From: an uncultured Chloroflexia bacterium
GTDB taxonomy: Bacteria > Chloroflexota > Ktedonobacteria > Ktedonobacterales > Ktedonobacteraceae
Direction: 5' to 3'
Assembly (NCBI GenBank): GCA_963717105.1
Contig: CAVQVL010000012.1
Span: 122,577-186,576 of the forward strand
DNA length: 64,000 nucleotides
Under the pieces are notes generated by a model, which did not search any database, was not told the DNA's origin, and worked only from the letters and a program-made list of their open reading frames with translations. The translations under genes and the position numbers were made by a program. Each line of letters opens with the position of its first letter. Within the stretch, counting starts at the first letter, position 1. Shown piece by piece: positions 51,138-62,399 of the stretch.

Positions 51138-52334
51138 TTACCCTTTATCTTGCAATGCTGCCACCCCTGGCAGAATACGTCCTTCGAGGAACTCTAGCGA
51201 GGCACCACCGCCGGTGGAGACATGGGTCATCTTGTCCGCCGCGCCAGCCTGTTCAACTGCCGCCGCCGAGTCTCCGCCACCGATGATAGTGGTGGCACCC
51301 TTTTTTGTGCGTTCAGCCAGTATCTCGATGATGGCGTCGGTACCCTTTGCGAAATTTGGCATTTCCGCGACACCAAGTGTGCCATTCCAGATAATGGTTT
51401 GTGCCTTTTGCAAAGCAGCGCGGAAAGTGGCGATAGTCGCGGGGCCAATATCAAGAATGCGCCATTCAGGTAACACTTGATCAGACGGAACAATGCGCGT
51501 ACTGGCGTCGTTGGCGAAACGGTCGGCCAGTACAACGTCGGTGGGCAATAAAAACTGGATACCGCGCTGCCGGGCTTTGCCAATCAACTCACGAGCAACA
51601 TCAACTTTGCCCTCTTCATAGAGCGAATTGCCAATCTCGTAGCCTTCGGCCTTGAGGAAGGTGTTCGCCATACCGCCGCCAATGAGCAGAGTATCAACCA
51701 TTGAAATCAGGCGTTCCAGTACCATTATTTTGTCGGAGACCTTCGCGCCGCCAATGATGGCTACGAAGGGTCGCCGGGGATGCTCCAGTGCCGATCCCAG
51801 GAAATTAATTTCCTTTTCCATCAAGAAGCCCGCCACAGCTGGCAAATAGTGTGCAACGCCCTCGGTTGAGGCATGCGCCCGGTGGGCCGAGCCGAAGGCG
51901 TCGTTTACATAGATATCGCCGAGCGCGGCAAGCTGTTGAGCATACGCCGGGTCATTTTTCTCCTCTTCCTTATGGAAGCGCAGATTTTCCAGTAGCAGCA
52001 CCTGTCCTGGCTGGAGAGCTTTTGCTTGTGCCTCCACCACCGGGCCGACCGACTCGTCCGCTGTTTGCACGGGCTTGCCTAGTAGTTCGCTTAGCCGTCG
52101 AGCGACAGGTGCCATGCGCATAGACTCGACAACCGCTCCTTTTGGTCGACCCAGGTGGGACATGAGAATGACCGCCGCGCCTGCATCGAGCAGATAGGTG
52201 ATAGTAGGCAGTGAAGCTCGAATGCGCGTATCATCGGTAATGCGTTGCTCTGCGTCAAGCGGCACATTAAAGTCTACGCGCACAAGCACACGTTTTCCCG
52301 CGATAGTGCTATCGCGGACGGTTTGCTTATTCAT
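51138..52334 (-). CDS. pgk: Phosphoglycerate kinase
   Basis: [44 protein letters not shown]. Confidence 0.92.
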   Translation of the reverse strand: MNKQTVRDSTIAGKRVLVRVDFNVPLDAEQRITDDTRIRASLPTITYLLDAGAAVILMSHLGRPKGAVVESMRMAPVARRLSELLGKPVQTADESVGPVVEAQAKALQPGQVLLLENLRFHKEEEKNDPAYAQQLAALGDIYVNDAFGSAHRAHASTEGVAHYLPAVAGFLMEKEINFLGSALEHPRRPFVAIIGGAKVSDKIMVLERLISMVDTLLIGGGMANTFLKAEGYEIGNSLYEEGKVDVARELIGKARQRGIQFLLPTDVVLADRFANDASTRIVPSDQVLPEWRILDIGPATIATFRAALQKAQTIIWNGTLGVAEMPNFAKGTDAIIEILAERTKKGATTIIGGGDSAAAVEQAGAADKMTHVSTGGGASLEFLEGRILPGVAALQDKG

Positions 52335-52350
52335 AAACGTCCACTCCAGG

Positions 52351-53445
<1,095 letters not shown>

Positions 53446-53538
53446 TTATTGTAGCTGCAAACGTTCCCCTTGTGACTATGCTTACAGCGTATCATCTGGA
53501 TTATGGACCGGTCAAGACCGGACATGATCAAACGTTCC

Positions 53539-55011
53539 CTACACCTTTTCTGGCACGGGAATAACGCCGATAGAGAAGCGGATGTATTCGTCGCTGTAGC
53601 CGAAGCCAGAACCTGGGACACCGGCGATACCTGTCTTCTCGAAGAGCGTAAAGGCATTTTCACCTGGAAGAAGCTTGCTCCAGTTGTAGACGGTCGCGTC
53701 GTCATCAATGTATATCTCCTCAAACAAAGGTTGCTGCTCATTGATGCGACGCAATTGCGCGATGAAACGCTGGCGGCGCAAACGATAAAAGGCGCGTAAC
53801 TTCTCAATTAGCCAGGGACGGGAGTCCAGGAGGCGCATATAAGCCATGAAGCGCAACTGCCATTCGGCTGGCAGCGAGGCCATGCTATTCGACCAACCCG
53901 GCGCGATGGCGGCAGCCATCGCTATATCGCCGCATGTAACCCAGCCGAAGCGTTCGCCTGTCAAAGACAAGGTTTTTGAGAAGCTACTAACGAAAATTGT
54001 GTGCTTCAACACGTCATCGGGTGTAAAGGTTGCCATACGTGCGCGGTCTTCCTCTGGCTTGCCTGTACCGATATAGGCAAGGTCGGCGAGAATATATATC
54101 GCACGGCCTCTTGCGCGGTAGGTGCGTAATACGTCATGAATGGCGTTTAGTTCGTCGGGAGCATAAGCGAAGGTAGTAGGGTTATTAGTAACGGTAAGGT
54201 AGATGACGCGAATATCGGGATTTTCGGCGATGGCCTGTTTAAGTTGAGCTGCGGTGAGTTTGAAATGATGTTCTGGTAACGTTGGCACATGGATCATATG
54301 ATAGCCATAAGACTTTGCCTGCCATTCAGGAACAGCAAAGCCCGGCTCAGGAAAGACGGCCGCAATCTCAGTAATGCCCTGTTCCCGGTACATCGAAATC
54401 AAGCCACAGAGAACCTTGTTGATGCTGTCCATTGCGCCCAGACCGAGGTAAACATTATCTTGCGTGACTGCAAGGCCCCACTGCTGCATCTCTTTTGCCA
54501 ACCGGTCACGGAGCAGGGGGTTGCCGATCGCCAGGATATCATAGATGCGCAAATCGAAATGATTTTCTAATAGTTCCCGTTCAAGTTCCAACATCTGGTC
54601 GCGTAGCCACAGATATGTCGTGCCGGGTGCGTTATAGCCATGAATATTCTCGTTCGGTAGTGCAACGCCCAGCTCTTCAGCCAGCATCCGATAATCACCG
54701 GAGCCGCCTTCCTTCCCCTCACATTCGGTGATCCAACGCACATTGACATCACCGATAGTACGATTTACTATTTCAGCTTGTATAACCTCTTCAGCAATAT
54801 TGAGTGCGCGGCATTGTCGCTCCAGGTCAGCCACCATGCGAGCCATCACACGAATAGGGCCCGCCCCCTGCTGAAGTATGGGCTGATACTGGAGTAGCAA
54901 GTCGTGACGTAACTGGCGGAGAGTCGCAACTTGTGCCTGTCGTACTAAATTGGAAGATTCGGGCAAATTCACAGGTATTTCGTGTGTAATCACCAACATT
55001 GCTCCCTTCAT
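53539..55011 (-). CDS. PLP-dependent aminotransferase (class I/II fold) with an N-terminal extension
   Basis: SSFSKTLSLTGERFGW (Lys-PLP motif region), YLTVTNNPT. 490 aa. Confidence 0.7.
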   Translation of the reverse strand: MKGAMLVITHEIPVNLPESSNLVRQAQVATLRQLRHDLLLQYQPILQQGAGPIRVMARMVADLERQCRALNIAEEVIQAEIVNRTIGDVNVRWITECEGKEGGSGDYRMLAEELGVALPNENIHGYNAPGTTYLWLRDQMLELERELLENHFDLRIYDILAIGNPLLRDRLAKEMQQWGLAVTQDNVYLGLGAMDSINKVLCGLISMYREQGITEIAAVFPEPGFAVPEWQAKSYGYHMIHVPTLPEHHFKLTAAQLKQAIAENPDIRVIYLTVTNNPTTFAYAPDELNAIHDVLRTYRARGRAIYILADLAYIGTGKPEEDRARMATFTPDDVLKHTIFVSSFSKTLSLTGERFGWVTCGDIAMAAAIAPGWSNSMASLPAEWQLRFMAYMRLLDSRPWLIEKLRAFYRLRRQRFIAQLRRINEQQPLFEEIYIDDDATVYNWSKLLPGENAFTLFEKTGIAGVPGSGFGYSDEYIRFSIGVIPVPEKV

Positions 55012-55143
55012 ATTGCGCTTGTCATAGCGCGGCTTCTTTCAAAGAAGGTGCCGGGTCTCCATTGACCAGGCTCTAGCCAAAAGTGTAGCATATATAGGAG
55101 ATCAATATCAAGGTAGGAAGCAGTGTTTCTCATAGTAATCAGA

Positions 55144-55161
55144 ATGTTTCACATGAAACAT
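55144..55161. repeat. Copy 2 of the 18-bp palindrome (ATGTTTCACATGAAACAT)
   Basis: Located in the divergent region between the aminotransferase and ORF 55164. Confidence 0.8.
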
Positions 55162-55163
55162 TT

Positions 55164-56141
55164 TTGTGGTTCGGCGTTGCGTTACTCAAGTCGGTCATGG
55201 CAAAAAGGAAAAAGCAGATGGGAGAAAACATTTCTAACACCCCGCAAGGTTCCGGGGTCAATGGCAGAGAAGCTATATTGCGAGAGCTGTTTGTGCGTTT
55301 GTCTACCTTTCCCGGCGATCCCCGCGTGTACAATCCGCAGATTCTTGTAAGTCAAATACCGGAAGGGTTGTCGGCAGAAATTCCCATTCCCGCTAACAGC
55401 CGCGTATTGGGTACGCTCATTCGCGGTCCGCAGGATGCAACTATTGTTGTTGATGTAGACCTGTTACCAGCACAGGTGCTGGAGTTTTATCGCGAGCACA
55501 TGAAAGCCGACGGTTGGCAGGAATTAGCAATGCCCGAGGGAATGCACAGGGGCGGGTTTACGCATAGTCACATTGCCCACGCTTTCGACGCAAGGATCAC
55601 TTTCTGTCGCGGTTCTCGCGGCCCTTCACTTACTGTGACGGCATATCCCAGGGAAACAGATGGGACGAAAACAGATTTGCGCCTTGAGCTGGATGCCACA
55701 GGGCAGCAGTGTACGCAGCAAGCAAGGATGCGAAGAATGCACCGCCCTCCTATGTTTGATCTCATCCCGCCATTGCTACCCCCGGCCGGTGCGAATCAGC
55801 AGGGCCGTGGTAGTAGCAGTGGTGGTGATAGTGTATCTTCCAGTGCTACGCTGTCGCTGGATAAGGAGATGGATATTATAGAACTGGCCTCACACTACAA
55901 TACACAGTTAGAAATCGGTGGTTGGACACGCGCCGACGCGGGCAATAGCGGCCCCTTTGCCTGGAGTACCTGGACATTTCGTGACGGAGACGGTGAATCC
56001 TGGTATAGCAGCTTTATTATTATGAAATTGCCGGTTCAGCGGCTTGAATATTCGCTCCAGGTTCAGGCGAATATGGACCTGGGCGGAAAGCAGCAATCAG
56101 GAGGCTGGTTCTCTTCGTCTTCCCCGATGACAAGAATATGA
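55164..56141 (+). CDS. Hypothetical protein
   Basis: 325-aa ORF (TTG; alternative ATG starts at 55197 and 55218). Its stop overlaps the next start (ATGA at 56138-56141). No recognisable motif. Confidence 0.5.
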   Translation: MWFGVALLKSVMAKRKKQMGENISNTPQGSGVNGREAILRELFVRLSTFPGDPRVYNPQILVSQIPEGLSAEIPIPANSRVLGTLIRGPQDATIVVDVDLLPAQVLEFYREHMKADGWQELAMPEGMHRGGFTHSHIAHAFDARITFCRGSRGPSLTVTAYPRETDGTKTDLRLELDATGQQCTQQARMRRMHRPPMFDLIPPLLPPAGANQQGRGSSSGGDSVSSSATLSLDKEMDIIELASHYNTQLEIGGWTRADAGNSGPFAWSTWTFRDGDGESWYSSFIIMKLPVQRLEYSLQVQANMDLGGKQQSGGWFSSSSPMTRI

Positions 56142-56914
56142 CTCACGTAGGGACCGATTTATCACGTTCGCTTCACAATAAAACGGTGGTCATCACAGGC
56201 GCGGGACGCGGCATCGGACGCACGCTGGCCCTCGGATTCGCTGCTCAGGGTGCCACGGTGCTGGTACATCACGGGCATTCCCAGCATGCGGCTGATGATG
56301 TAGTTCGCCAGATAGAAGCGACTGGTGGCACAGCTCTGCGTGCCCAGGCAGACGTTCGCAATGCAGACGATGTGGCACGACTTGTTAAAAATGCGGTAGA
56401 TAGACTGGGGCCAATTGATGTCTGGATCAACAATGCTGGGGCCACCGCAAACAGTGAAGAGACGGTCGGCCAGAGCGAGCTGGACATTTTTGAGCGTATG
56501 CTGGCGGTGGATGTGATGGGAACATGGCTGTGTTGTCGTGCCATCGCACCACATATGCGAGCCGGTGGCTGTATTCTCACCACAGGCTGGGATCATGCCT
56601 TTGTTGGTGCGCCAGGCATAAGCAACCAGTTATATGCTATAAGCAAAGGGGCCGTCATCGCTATGACCCGCGGGCTTGCGCGAGAACTTGCTCCACGGGT
56701 ACGAGTGAACTGCATTGCGCCCGGTTGGATTGACAACGAATGGTCAACGCATCGCCCACCGGCATTTCGTGAACGTATCGCACAGACTATTCCCCTCAAG
56801 CGTTGGGGAACGCCGCAAGATGTGCTTGCCGCCGCCCTCTTCCTGGCCTCGCCTGCGGCTGCGTTCACCACCGGGCAGATATTGTTAGTGAACGGCGGCG
56901 ACGTAATGCGTTGA
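56138..56914 (+). CDS. Short-chain dehydrogenase/reductase (FabG-like)
   Basis: VVITGAGRGIGR, NNAG, YAISKGAV. Confidence 0.85.
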   Translation: MTHVGTDLSRSLHNKTVVITGAGRGIGRTLALGFAAQGATVLVHHGHSQHAADDVVRQIEATGGTALRAQADVRNADDVARLVKNAVDRLGPIDVWINNAGATANSEETVGQSELDIFERMLAVDVMGTWLCCRAIAPHMRAGGCILTTGWDHAFVGAPGISNQLYAISKGAVIAMTRGLARELAPRVRVNCIAPGWIDNEWSTHRPPAFRERIAQTIPLKRWGTPQDVLAAALFLASPAAAFTTGQILLVNGGDVMR

Positions 56915-56954
56915 TGCGCTGATGCGCTAATATGCTGATGTGTTGATTTGAAAA

Positions 56955-56972
56955 ATGTTTCATGTGAAACAT
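56955..56972. repeat. Copy 3 of the 18-bp palindrome (ATGTTTCATGTGAAACAT)
   Basis: Located in the convergent intergenic region between the SDR gene and hutH. Confidence 0.8.
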
Positions 56973-57024
56973 CAATGAATATCACTCTTGTGTTTTCCAT
57001 GAAACGATAGAGCAAATTTTAACA

Positions 57025-57042
57025 ATGTTTCATGTGAAACAT
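57025..57042. repeat. Copy 4 of the 18-bp palindrome (ATGTTTCATGTGAAACAT)
   Basis: Same convergent region, 70 bp after copy 3. Confidence 0.8.
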
Positions 57043-57059
57043 TTGGTGATTTCTGCTAA

Positions 57060-57077
57060 ATGTTTCACATGAAACAT
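57060..57077. repeat. Copy 5 of the 18-bp palindrome (ATGTTTCACATGAAACAT)
   Basis: 35 bp after copy 4. It ends 2 nt before the hutH stop codon. Confidence 0.8.
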
Positions 57078-57079
57078 TC

Positions 57080-58624
57080 CTATGAAAGGGAGGCAAACGC
57101 GCCTGCTTGTATAGCCTTCGTCATGGTGGCGATATCAGGTGCCAACACGCGATCGTGTTCGAGCATGGGAACATGGGAACGTACGATCTCATACGCATGT
57201 TGAACGCCGACGCCTGGTTTGAGCGGCTTGCGAAATTCTAATATTTGCGCCGCACAGAGTAATTCTATCGCAATAACATGCTGCGACTTTTCCAATACTT
57301 GTAGCACCTTGTTTGCGCTGGTAGCACCCATGCTCACAAAATCTTCCATACCTGCGGAGGTTGGAATAGAGTCAATGCTGGCGGGATGAGCCAGTATCTT
57401 TATTTCGTTGACGAGGGCTGCTGCAACGTACTGGGTGATCATGAAGCCGGAATTCAGGCCTGGATTGGGCGTTAAAAAGAGCGGTGCGCCGCCCTCGTCC
57501 CAATCGTGCGGGCCGAGCAAGCCATAAATGCGCCGCTCGGAGTAGCTAGCCAGTTGGGTGAGCGCGATTGCCAGCATATCCAGTGCGAGGGCTAATGGTT
57601 GCCCGTGAAAGTTACCCCCGCTCAAGATATCGCCATTCTCTGGAAAAACCAGCGGATTATCGGTTACGGCACCTAATTCGCGCTCAAAAATGGTTTTGCA
57701 ATACTGCAAGGCGTCGCGTATCGCGCCAAAAACCTGGGGGGCGCAGCGCATCGAATAGGGGTCTTGCACTCGCGGGCAATCTTCGTGACTAACATTGATC
57801 TCACTATTGCGCACCAACGCTTTCAGGTGCGCCGCGCTCGCCTGTTGTCCCACCTGTCCGCGGAGTTGGTGAATACGAGGGTCGAGTGGTGCATGGCTGC
57901 CCATCAGTCCCTCAATGCTCATCGCGCAAGCCACTTCTGCTGTAAGCAAGAGCAATTCGGCGTCGGCAATTGTCAGGACTGCGATGGCCTCCATCATATG
58001 CGTGCCGTTAATGAGTGCCAATCCCTCTTTAGCCTGCAATTGCAATGGTACCAGACCGGCAAGCTGTAAAGCTTCCGCACCTGTATGATGTTGCTCGTTA
58101 TATACTGCCTCCCCTTCGCCGATCAAGGTCAAAGCAAGATGTGCCAGTGGCGCTAAATCGCCGCTCGCCCCGACCGAGCCTCGTGAAGGGATGATCGGAT
58201 AGAGATCCGCATTCAACATTTGTAGCAACAACTGCACCACCTCAACGCGCACACCGGAGTTGCCGCGAGCCAGACTGGCCGCCAGTAACAGCATCATTGC
58301 CCGCGTGACCTCTTCGCTAAGCGGTTCACCGACGCCCGCCGAATGGCTGCGCAACAAATTATGTTGCAGTTCTACAAGTTGCTCGTGCTTAATACGTACC
58401 CTGCTCAAATGTCCAAAACCAGTCGTAACGCCGTAAACTTTGCGCTCTTCGTCCGCGATAGTCTGAATGACGGCACGGGCCGCGGCAATGCGCTGTATAG
58501 AATCATTATCCAAAGTAACAGGGGCGAAGTGACGCGCCACCGCAAGAACTTCAGCAATGGTTAGTGCTTGCCCGTTAATCATGACTTCATCCGGTAGCTG
58601 GTGTGTATATTCTATCTTCGGCAT
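57080..58624 (-). CDS. hutH: Histidine ammonia-lyase
   Basis: SRGSVGASGDLAPLAHLAL (MIO-forming ASG). Start at ATG 58624 (MPKIEYTHQ...) preferred over the upstream ORF-track start at 58711. Confidence 0.9.
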   Translation of the reverse strand: MPKIEYTHQLPDEVMINGQALTIAEVLAVARHFAPVTLDNDSIQRIAAARAVIQTIADEERKVYGVTTGFGHLSRVRIKHEQLVELQHNLLRSHSAGVGEPLSEEVTRAMMLLLAASLARGNSGVRVEVVQLLLQMLNADLYPIIPSRGSVGASGDLAPLAHLALTLIGEGEAVYNEQHHTGAEALQLAGLVPLQLQAKEGLALINGTHMMEAIAVLTIADAELLLLTAEVACAMSIEGLMGSHAPLDPRIHQLRGQVGQQASAAHLKALVRNSEINVSHEDCPRVQDPYSMRCAPQVFGAIRDALQYCKTIFERELGAVTDNPLVFPENGDILSGGNFHGQPLALALDMLAIALTQLASYSERRIYGLLGPHDWDEGGAPLFLTPNPGLNSGFMITQYVAAALVNEIKILAHPASIDSIPTSAGMEDFVSMGATSANKVLQVLEKSQHVIAIELLCAAQILEFRKPLKPGVGVQHAYEIVRSHVPMLEHDRVLAPDIATMTKAIQAGAFASLS

Positions 58625-58782
58625 AGAAGAAAATCCTTTCTGGCTGCTCTGCCTGTTCTCTTTCATTGTAGCAGAAAGAGGATGACAACGTAAAATCCTG
58701 TCATATATCAACTAAAAGCAGCGGACGGACGTGTAAGTAATAGATAGATATTGTGTGAGGACATTCACAAAAATGAGAAAGG

Positions 58783-59058
58783 TTGAAAAGAATGGCGGAT
58801 TTATCCAGCAAAGACCGTGAGAAATTGCCGGAAAGTGCCTTTGCTTTCCCGAAAGAGCGCAAAGAGCCACTGGTAGATGCACGCCACGTTCGAGAGGCTG
58901 TGGCTCGCTTTGATCAAGTCGAGAACGTTTCCAATAAAGAGCGCGACGAAGCCTGGAAACGCATCCAGCACGCCGCGAAAAAGTTTGACGTGGAACTGCA
59001 TGAGCAAAGCTGGCAAGACCTGTTTACCCACAATGGACACAAGGTGCCAGAGAAATAA
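58783..59058 (+). CDS. Small conserved hypothetical protein (DUF6582-like)
   Basis: LPESAFAFPKERKEPLVDARHVREAVARFDQV pattern. Alternative start at 58792. Confidence 0.55.
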   Translation: MKRMADLSSKDREKLPESAFAFPKERKEPLVDARHVREAVARFDQVENVSNKERDEAWKRIQHAAKKFDVELHEQSWQDLFTHNGHKVPEK

Positions 59059-59132
59059 CAGAGGAACCCATGCGAAAAACAGGTATCCGGCGTGCCGGAT
59101 ACCTGTTTTTCGCATGGGTTCCTCTGTTATTT
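59053..59132. terminator. Perfect 39-bp-stem hairpin (2-nt loop) carrying the Lys-stop (AAA TAA) of both convergent genes
   Basis: 59053-59091 is the reverse complement of 59094-59132. Confidence 0.75.
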
Positions 59133-60014
59133 AACGCGAATATTTGCCGTAAACTGGGCAACTGGAGCCACAACCAGCAAAATCAGCGTTCCAATGAGCA
59201 AAGGCAAGTTGGTATAGCGCGTAACGAAGGTGAGTTGCACCGGTGCGAGCAACACAAGGAAGTAGAGGCACTGTGCCAGTCCGGCGTATTTACCCCACAT
59301 AGTTGAGCCGAAACGCACCGGCTGCGCGAACAGAAGGTAGCTGCTCACGGCTGCCAGCAAAGGAATGAAGAAACGGAGCAGCATGATCAGACCAAGCCAG
59401 AGAGGCAAGACTGCATTCTGAATCAGGATCGTTGTCAGTGCGAGGTAGAGGCAGAAATCAACCTCGCTATCGCCTATCTGGCCCAGTTTGCTCTGCGTTC
59501 CGGTGCGACGTGCAACCTGACCATCAAGCATATCGGTCACGACCCCACAAAGAAAAACCAGCAGTGCCAATTCCGAGGCCGTACGGATACCACCAACCAG
59601 CCTGCCGAGCAAAAAAGAGGCCCCCAATGCTCGTAGCCACGTCAGGGTGTTAGCCATACCAAGCTCTGGCAGCAACGTTCCTGTTTTTGCCGACCTGTTC
59701 AGACCGAGATGCCAGAACAGGTCACTTTGTTGCCATATGGTGCAAAAAAGAAAACCGGGAAGTATGCGTAAGGTAATATTGCTCCCCTCAAAGAGCAAGC
59801 AGGCTGCAAGAATGACTACTACTAATATGCCGATGCAGACCGTAATGTTGCGCCACGAACGTTTCAGGGTGGAATGATCATTTGCGGTCTTGCACGACAT
59901 ATCCCAGGACCGCGCCAGGAAATGCCACCAGCCGGGTACGCTAAACTTCTCTTCGCGCAGTGTCGTAAGCAAATCTATGACGAACTGATTTTCGCCAATG
60001 CTATCCTGCCGCAT
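59127..60014 (-). CDS. CDP-alcohol phosphatidyltransferase family protein
   Basis: DMLDGQVARRTGTQSKLGQIGDSEVD matches D-G-x2-A-R-x8-G-x3-D-x3-D. Polytopic. Confidence 0.85.
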   Translation of the reverse strand: MRQDSIGENQFVIDLLTTLREEKFSVPGWWHFLARSWDMSCKTANDHSTLKRSWRNITVCIGILVVVILAACLLFEGSNITLRILPGFLFCTIWQQSDLFWHLGLNRSAKTGTLLPELGMANTLTWLRALGASFLLGRLVGGIRTASELALLVFLCGVVTDMLDGQVARRTGTQSKLGQIGDSEVDFCLYLALTTILIQNAVLPLWLGLIMLLRFFIPLLAAVSSYLLFAQPVRFGSTMWGKYAGLAQCLYFLVLLAPVQLTFVTRYTNLPLLIGTLILLVVAPVAQFTANIRVK

Positions 60015-60039
60015 AGAAAAGTTTTCCTGTCTGAAAGAA

Positions 60040-60057
60040 ATGTTTCATGTGAAACAT
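60040..60057. repeat. Copy 6 of the 18-bp palindrome (ATGTTTCATGTGAAACAT)
   Basis: 26 nt upstream of the CDP-alcohol phosphatidyltransferase start codon. Confidence 0.8.
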
Positions 60058-60075
60058 TTCGCACAAAATACAGCG

Positions 60076-60093
60076 ATGTTTCACGTGAAACAT
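60076..60093. repeat. Copy 7 of the 18-bp palindrome (ATGTTTCACGTGAAACAT), extended palindrome 60072-60097
   Basis: AGCGATGTTTCACGTGAAACATCGCT. About 25 nt downstream of the hutI stop. Confidence 0.8.
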
Positions 60094-60117
60094 CGCTTGA
60101 GTGAAATATAAGAATGT

Positions 60118-61423
60118 CTATCGTTCAACCAGAACGGATTGTATCAGATTGACGCCAAAATGGTAGCCGATTTCATGGTAATCGTTGATAGCCCAGAATG
60201 CTAGCTCGCACGCCTTCCCAACCTCAATACTGCCGATAATGTCCTGTAAAGCGAGGGCGCGGGCTCCGTTGATAGTCACTGCCGGGAGTGCCTCTTCGAG
60301 CGTCATGTCCATTGCCGACATAGCAAGCCCCAGCATCATCTGCAAATTTTCGCAGTACGAAGTGCCAGGATTAAAATCAGTTGCCAGTGCCACATGCAAG
60401 CCGCGATCAAGGAAGCGGCGTGCCGAGGGATAGGGAGTGCGCAAAGTGTAGGAACACCCCGGTAGCAGTGTTGCCACCACGCCTGCGTCACGCATGGCAT
60501 CCAGATCGGCATCACTGGCGAAGTCGAGATGGTCGGCCGAAGTTGCGCCGAGTTCCGCCGCCAACCGTGCACCACCCGCTGGGCTGAGCTGGTCGGCGTG
60601 CAGCTTGAGCAGATAATCCAACTCTTTGGCGCGTGTCAAAATGCGCCGACTTTCATCAATCGTAAAAGCTTCGCGCTCACAAAAGACATCACAAAAACGG
60701 GCCAATCCCACAAACGAAGGCAGCATCTCCTCGACAACGAGCTTCACAAAGTCCTCTCGTTTATCCTTATATTCGGGCGGCAAAGAGTGCGCCCCAAGAA
60801 AAGTTGGTACCACGCGCACCTGGCTATGTTGTGCGGCAGCCGTCTCTTCAAAGGCATTGAGATTATTGATAATATGCAAACACGCCTCTTCCGTATTTTT
60901 GTCCAGCCCATAACCTGTTTTTACTTCAACTGTCGTGGTTCCATGCTGGCGCATCACAGCAAGGTGAGCGTTGGCCTGTTCTGTCAGCAACTCAGAGTTT
61001 GTTGAACGGGTCGCTTGCATTGTCGTCAGAATACCGCGTCCCTGTGCCAGCAGCGTTCCATAACCTACACCGGAGCGGCGCAGATGAAACTCCTCTGCCC
61101 GGTCTCCCGCAAAAACGAGGTGGGTATGCGAGTCAACAAGGCCGGGAGTTACAACGGCTTTTTGCGCATCAACAATGACGATACCATCAGTATGTTCTGC
61201 CATGTCATGTTGAAACATAGGTCCGGCATCATCATTGGAGCCTATCCAAACGATGCGCCCATTGTGTACGGCAAGTGCGGCATTCGTTATTACCTGCAAA
61301 GGCCCAACTTGCATTCAGGATGGGTTGTTGTGCGACAGTGACAAGCTGACCAATATTGCGAATAACCATACTTACCTGCAATCGTGGCTGGCTTAAATTA
61401 GGTTCGGTATTGGGATCGGGCAT
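60118..61423 (-). CDS. hutI: Imidazolonepropionase, frame broken between 61232 and 61314
   Basis: GLVDSHTHLVFAGDR and later HADQ/DH motifs in the 398-aa ORF. The N-terminal VIRNIGQLVTV segment lies in another frame (61232-61423). Confidence 0.85.
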
Positions 61424-61588
61424 TATAAAATCAGCCTCCTTCAGAACGTTCTGTTTCTTCCCACGTTATAACACACCATGCCGATGAAGTCGAGTCCAGT
61501 CATTTTCAGGTTGCGAGAAGTTAAAGTGGTATAGACATCTTGACAAACTATATGAGGAGAGTTTATAGTTCTTTTAACGGTATTGTTT

Positions 61589-61654
61589 GAAGAGAGATAA
61601 AAAAGCTGGACTATTTCGCCGCGGCGAAATAGTCCAGCTTTTTTATCTCTCTTC
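61589..61654. other. Perfect 32-bp-stem hairpin (2-nt loop) in a divergent intergenic region, preceded by a sigma-70-like promoter
   Basis: 61589-61620 is the reverse complement of 61623-61654. TTGACA (61540-61545), an 18-nt spacer and TATAGT (61564-69) lie on the plus strand just upstream. Confidence 0.55.
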
Positions 61655-61694
61655 ATTCTACCTTTGGAAACCCTCACTTGCTCTTGATGCCTGA

Positions 61695-62027
61695 ATGATA
61701 TACACTGTTGGAAGACAACGGGTCTATATGGGCCTGAATGGGCATCACAAGGTGAAGGAGTGCGTGGGTATGCGAGCAGTTGATGATAGCAGCGTCAAAT
61801 ATGCGGCTGTGCTGCAACTATTACTGACGTGGAAACAATTACCGGAAAGTGATATAACGCGCATGTTGCGGCCATATTATTTTATTACCGACGATTTCCG
61901 CGAAATGGAAGATCAAGGCTTGCTTACGATGACATTCATCGGCGACGAATACATCATCACTCCCACCCTGTTAGGACGTATCTGGTTAGAAGAATTTACA
62001 GCCAGGGAGAAGACACATGGATTATGA
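61695..62027 (+). CDS. Hypothetical small protein (possible winged-helix fold)
   Basis: 110-aa ORF (alternative start at 61770) overlapping the rhodanese start by 11 nt. No motif recognised. Confidence 0.4.
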   Translation: MIYTVGRQRVYMGLNGHHKVKECVGMRAVDDSSVKYAAVLQLLLTWKQLPESDITRMLRPYYFITDDFREMEDQGLLTMTFIGDEYIITPTLLGRIWLEEFTAREKTHGL

Positions 62028-62370
62028 AGACGAGGAAGAAGCGTTTCCCTACAAAACTATTAGCACCGATGAAGCGAAACGCATGATCGAGAGCGGCGTA
62101 CATGTGATTGATGTACGGCAGCCGGAGGAATGGAATCGCGGCCACATACCAGAGGCAGAACTGGTACCCCTTAACGGTATTTATTCATTTGGCAAGGCAC
62201 TCAAAGACCTCAATTTGCCCGAAGACGATGCCGTAATTTTCGTCTGCGCGATGGGCCAGCGTAGTGCTTCCGCGTCAGAAATTGCAATGGTGGCAGGGCT
62301 GAAAAACGTATACAATCTGGCAAATGGCATGAACGGGTGGGTTGGTCGTCGTTACCCCATCGAACGGTAA
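62017..62370 (+). CDS. Rhodanese-domain sulfurtransferase
   Basis: IDVRQPEEWNRGHIPEA and active-site loop CAMGQRS. Confidence 0.85.
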   Translation: MDYEDEEEAFPYKTISTDEAKRMIESGVHVIDVRQPEEWNRGHIPEAELVPLNGIYSFGKALKDLNLPEDDAVIFVCAMGQRSASASEIAMVAGLKNVYNLANGMNGWVGRRYPIER

Positions 62371-62399
62371 GCTAGATTGTTTGTAAAAAGGAGGTCTAT

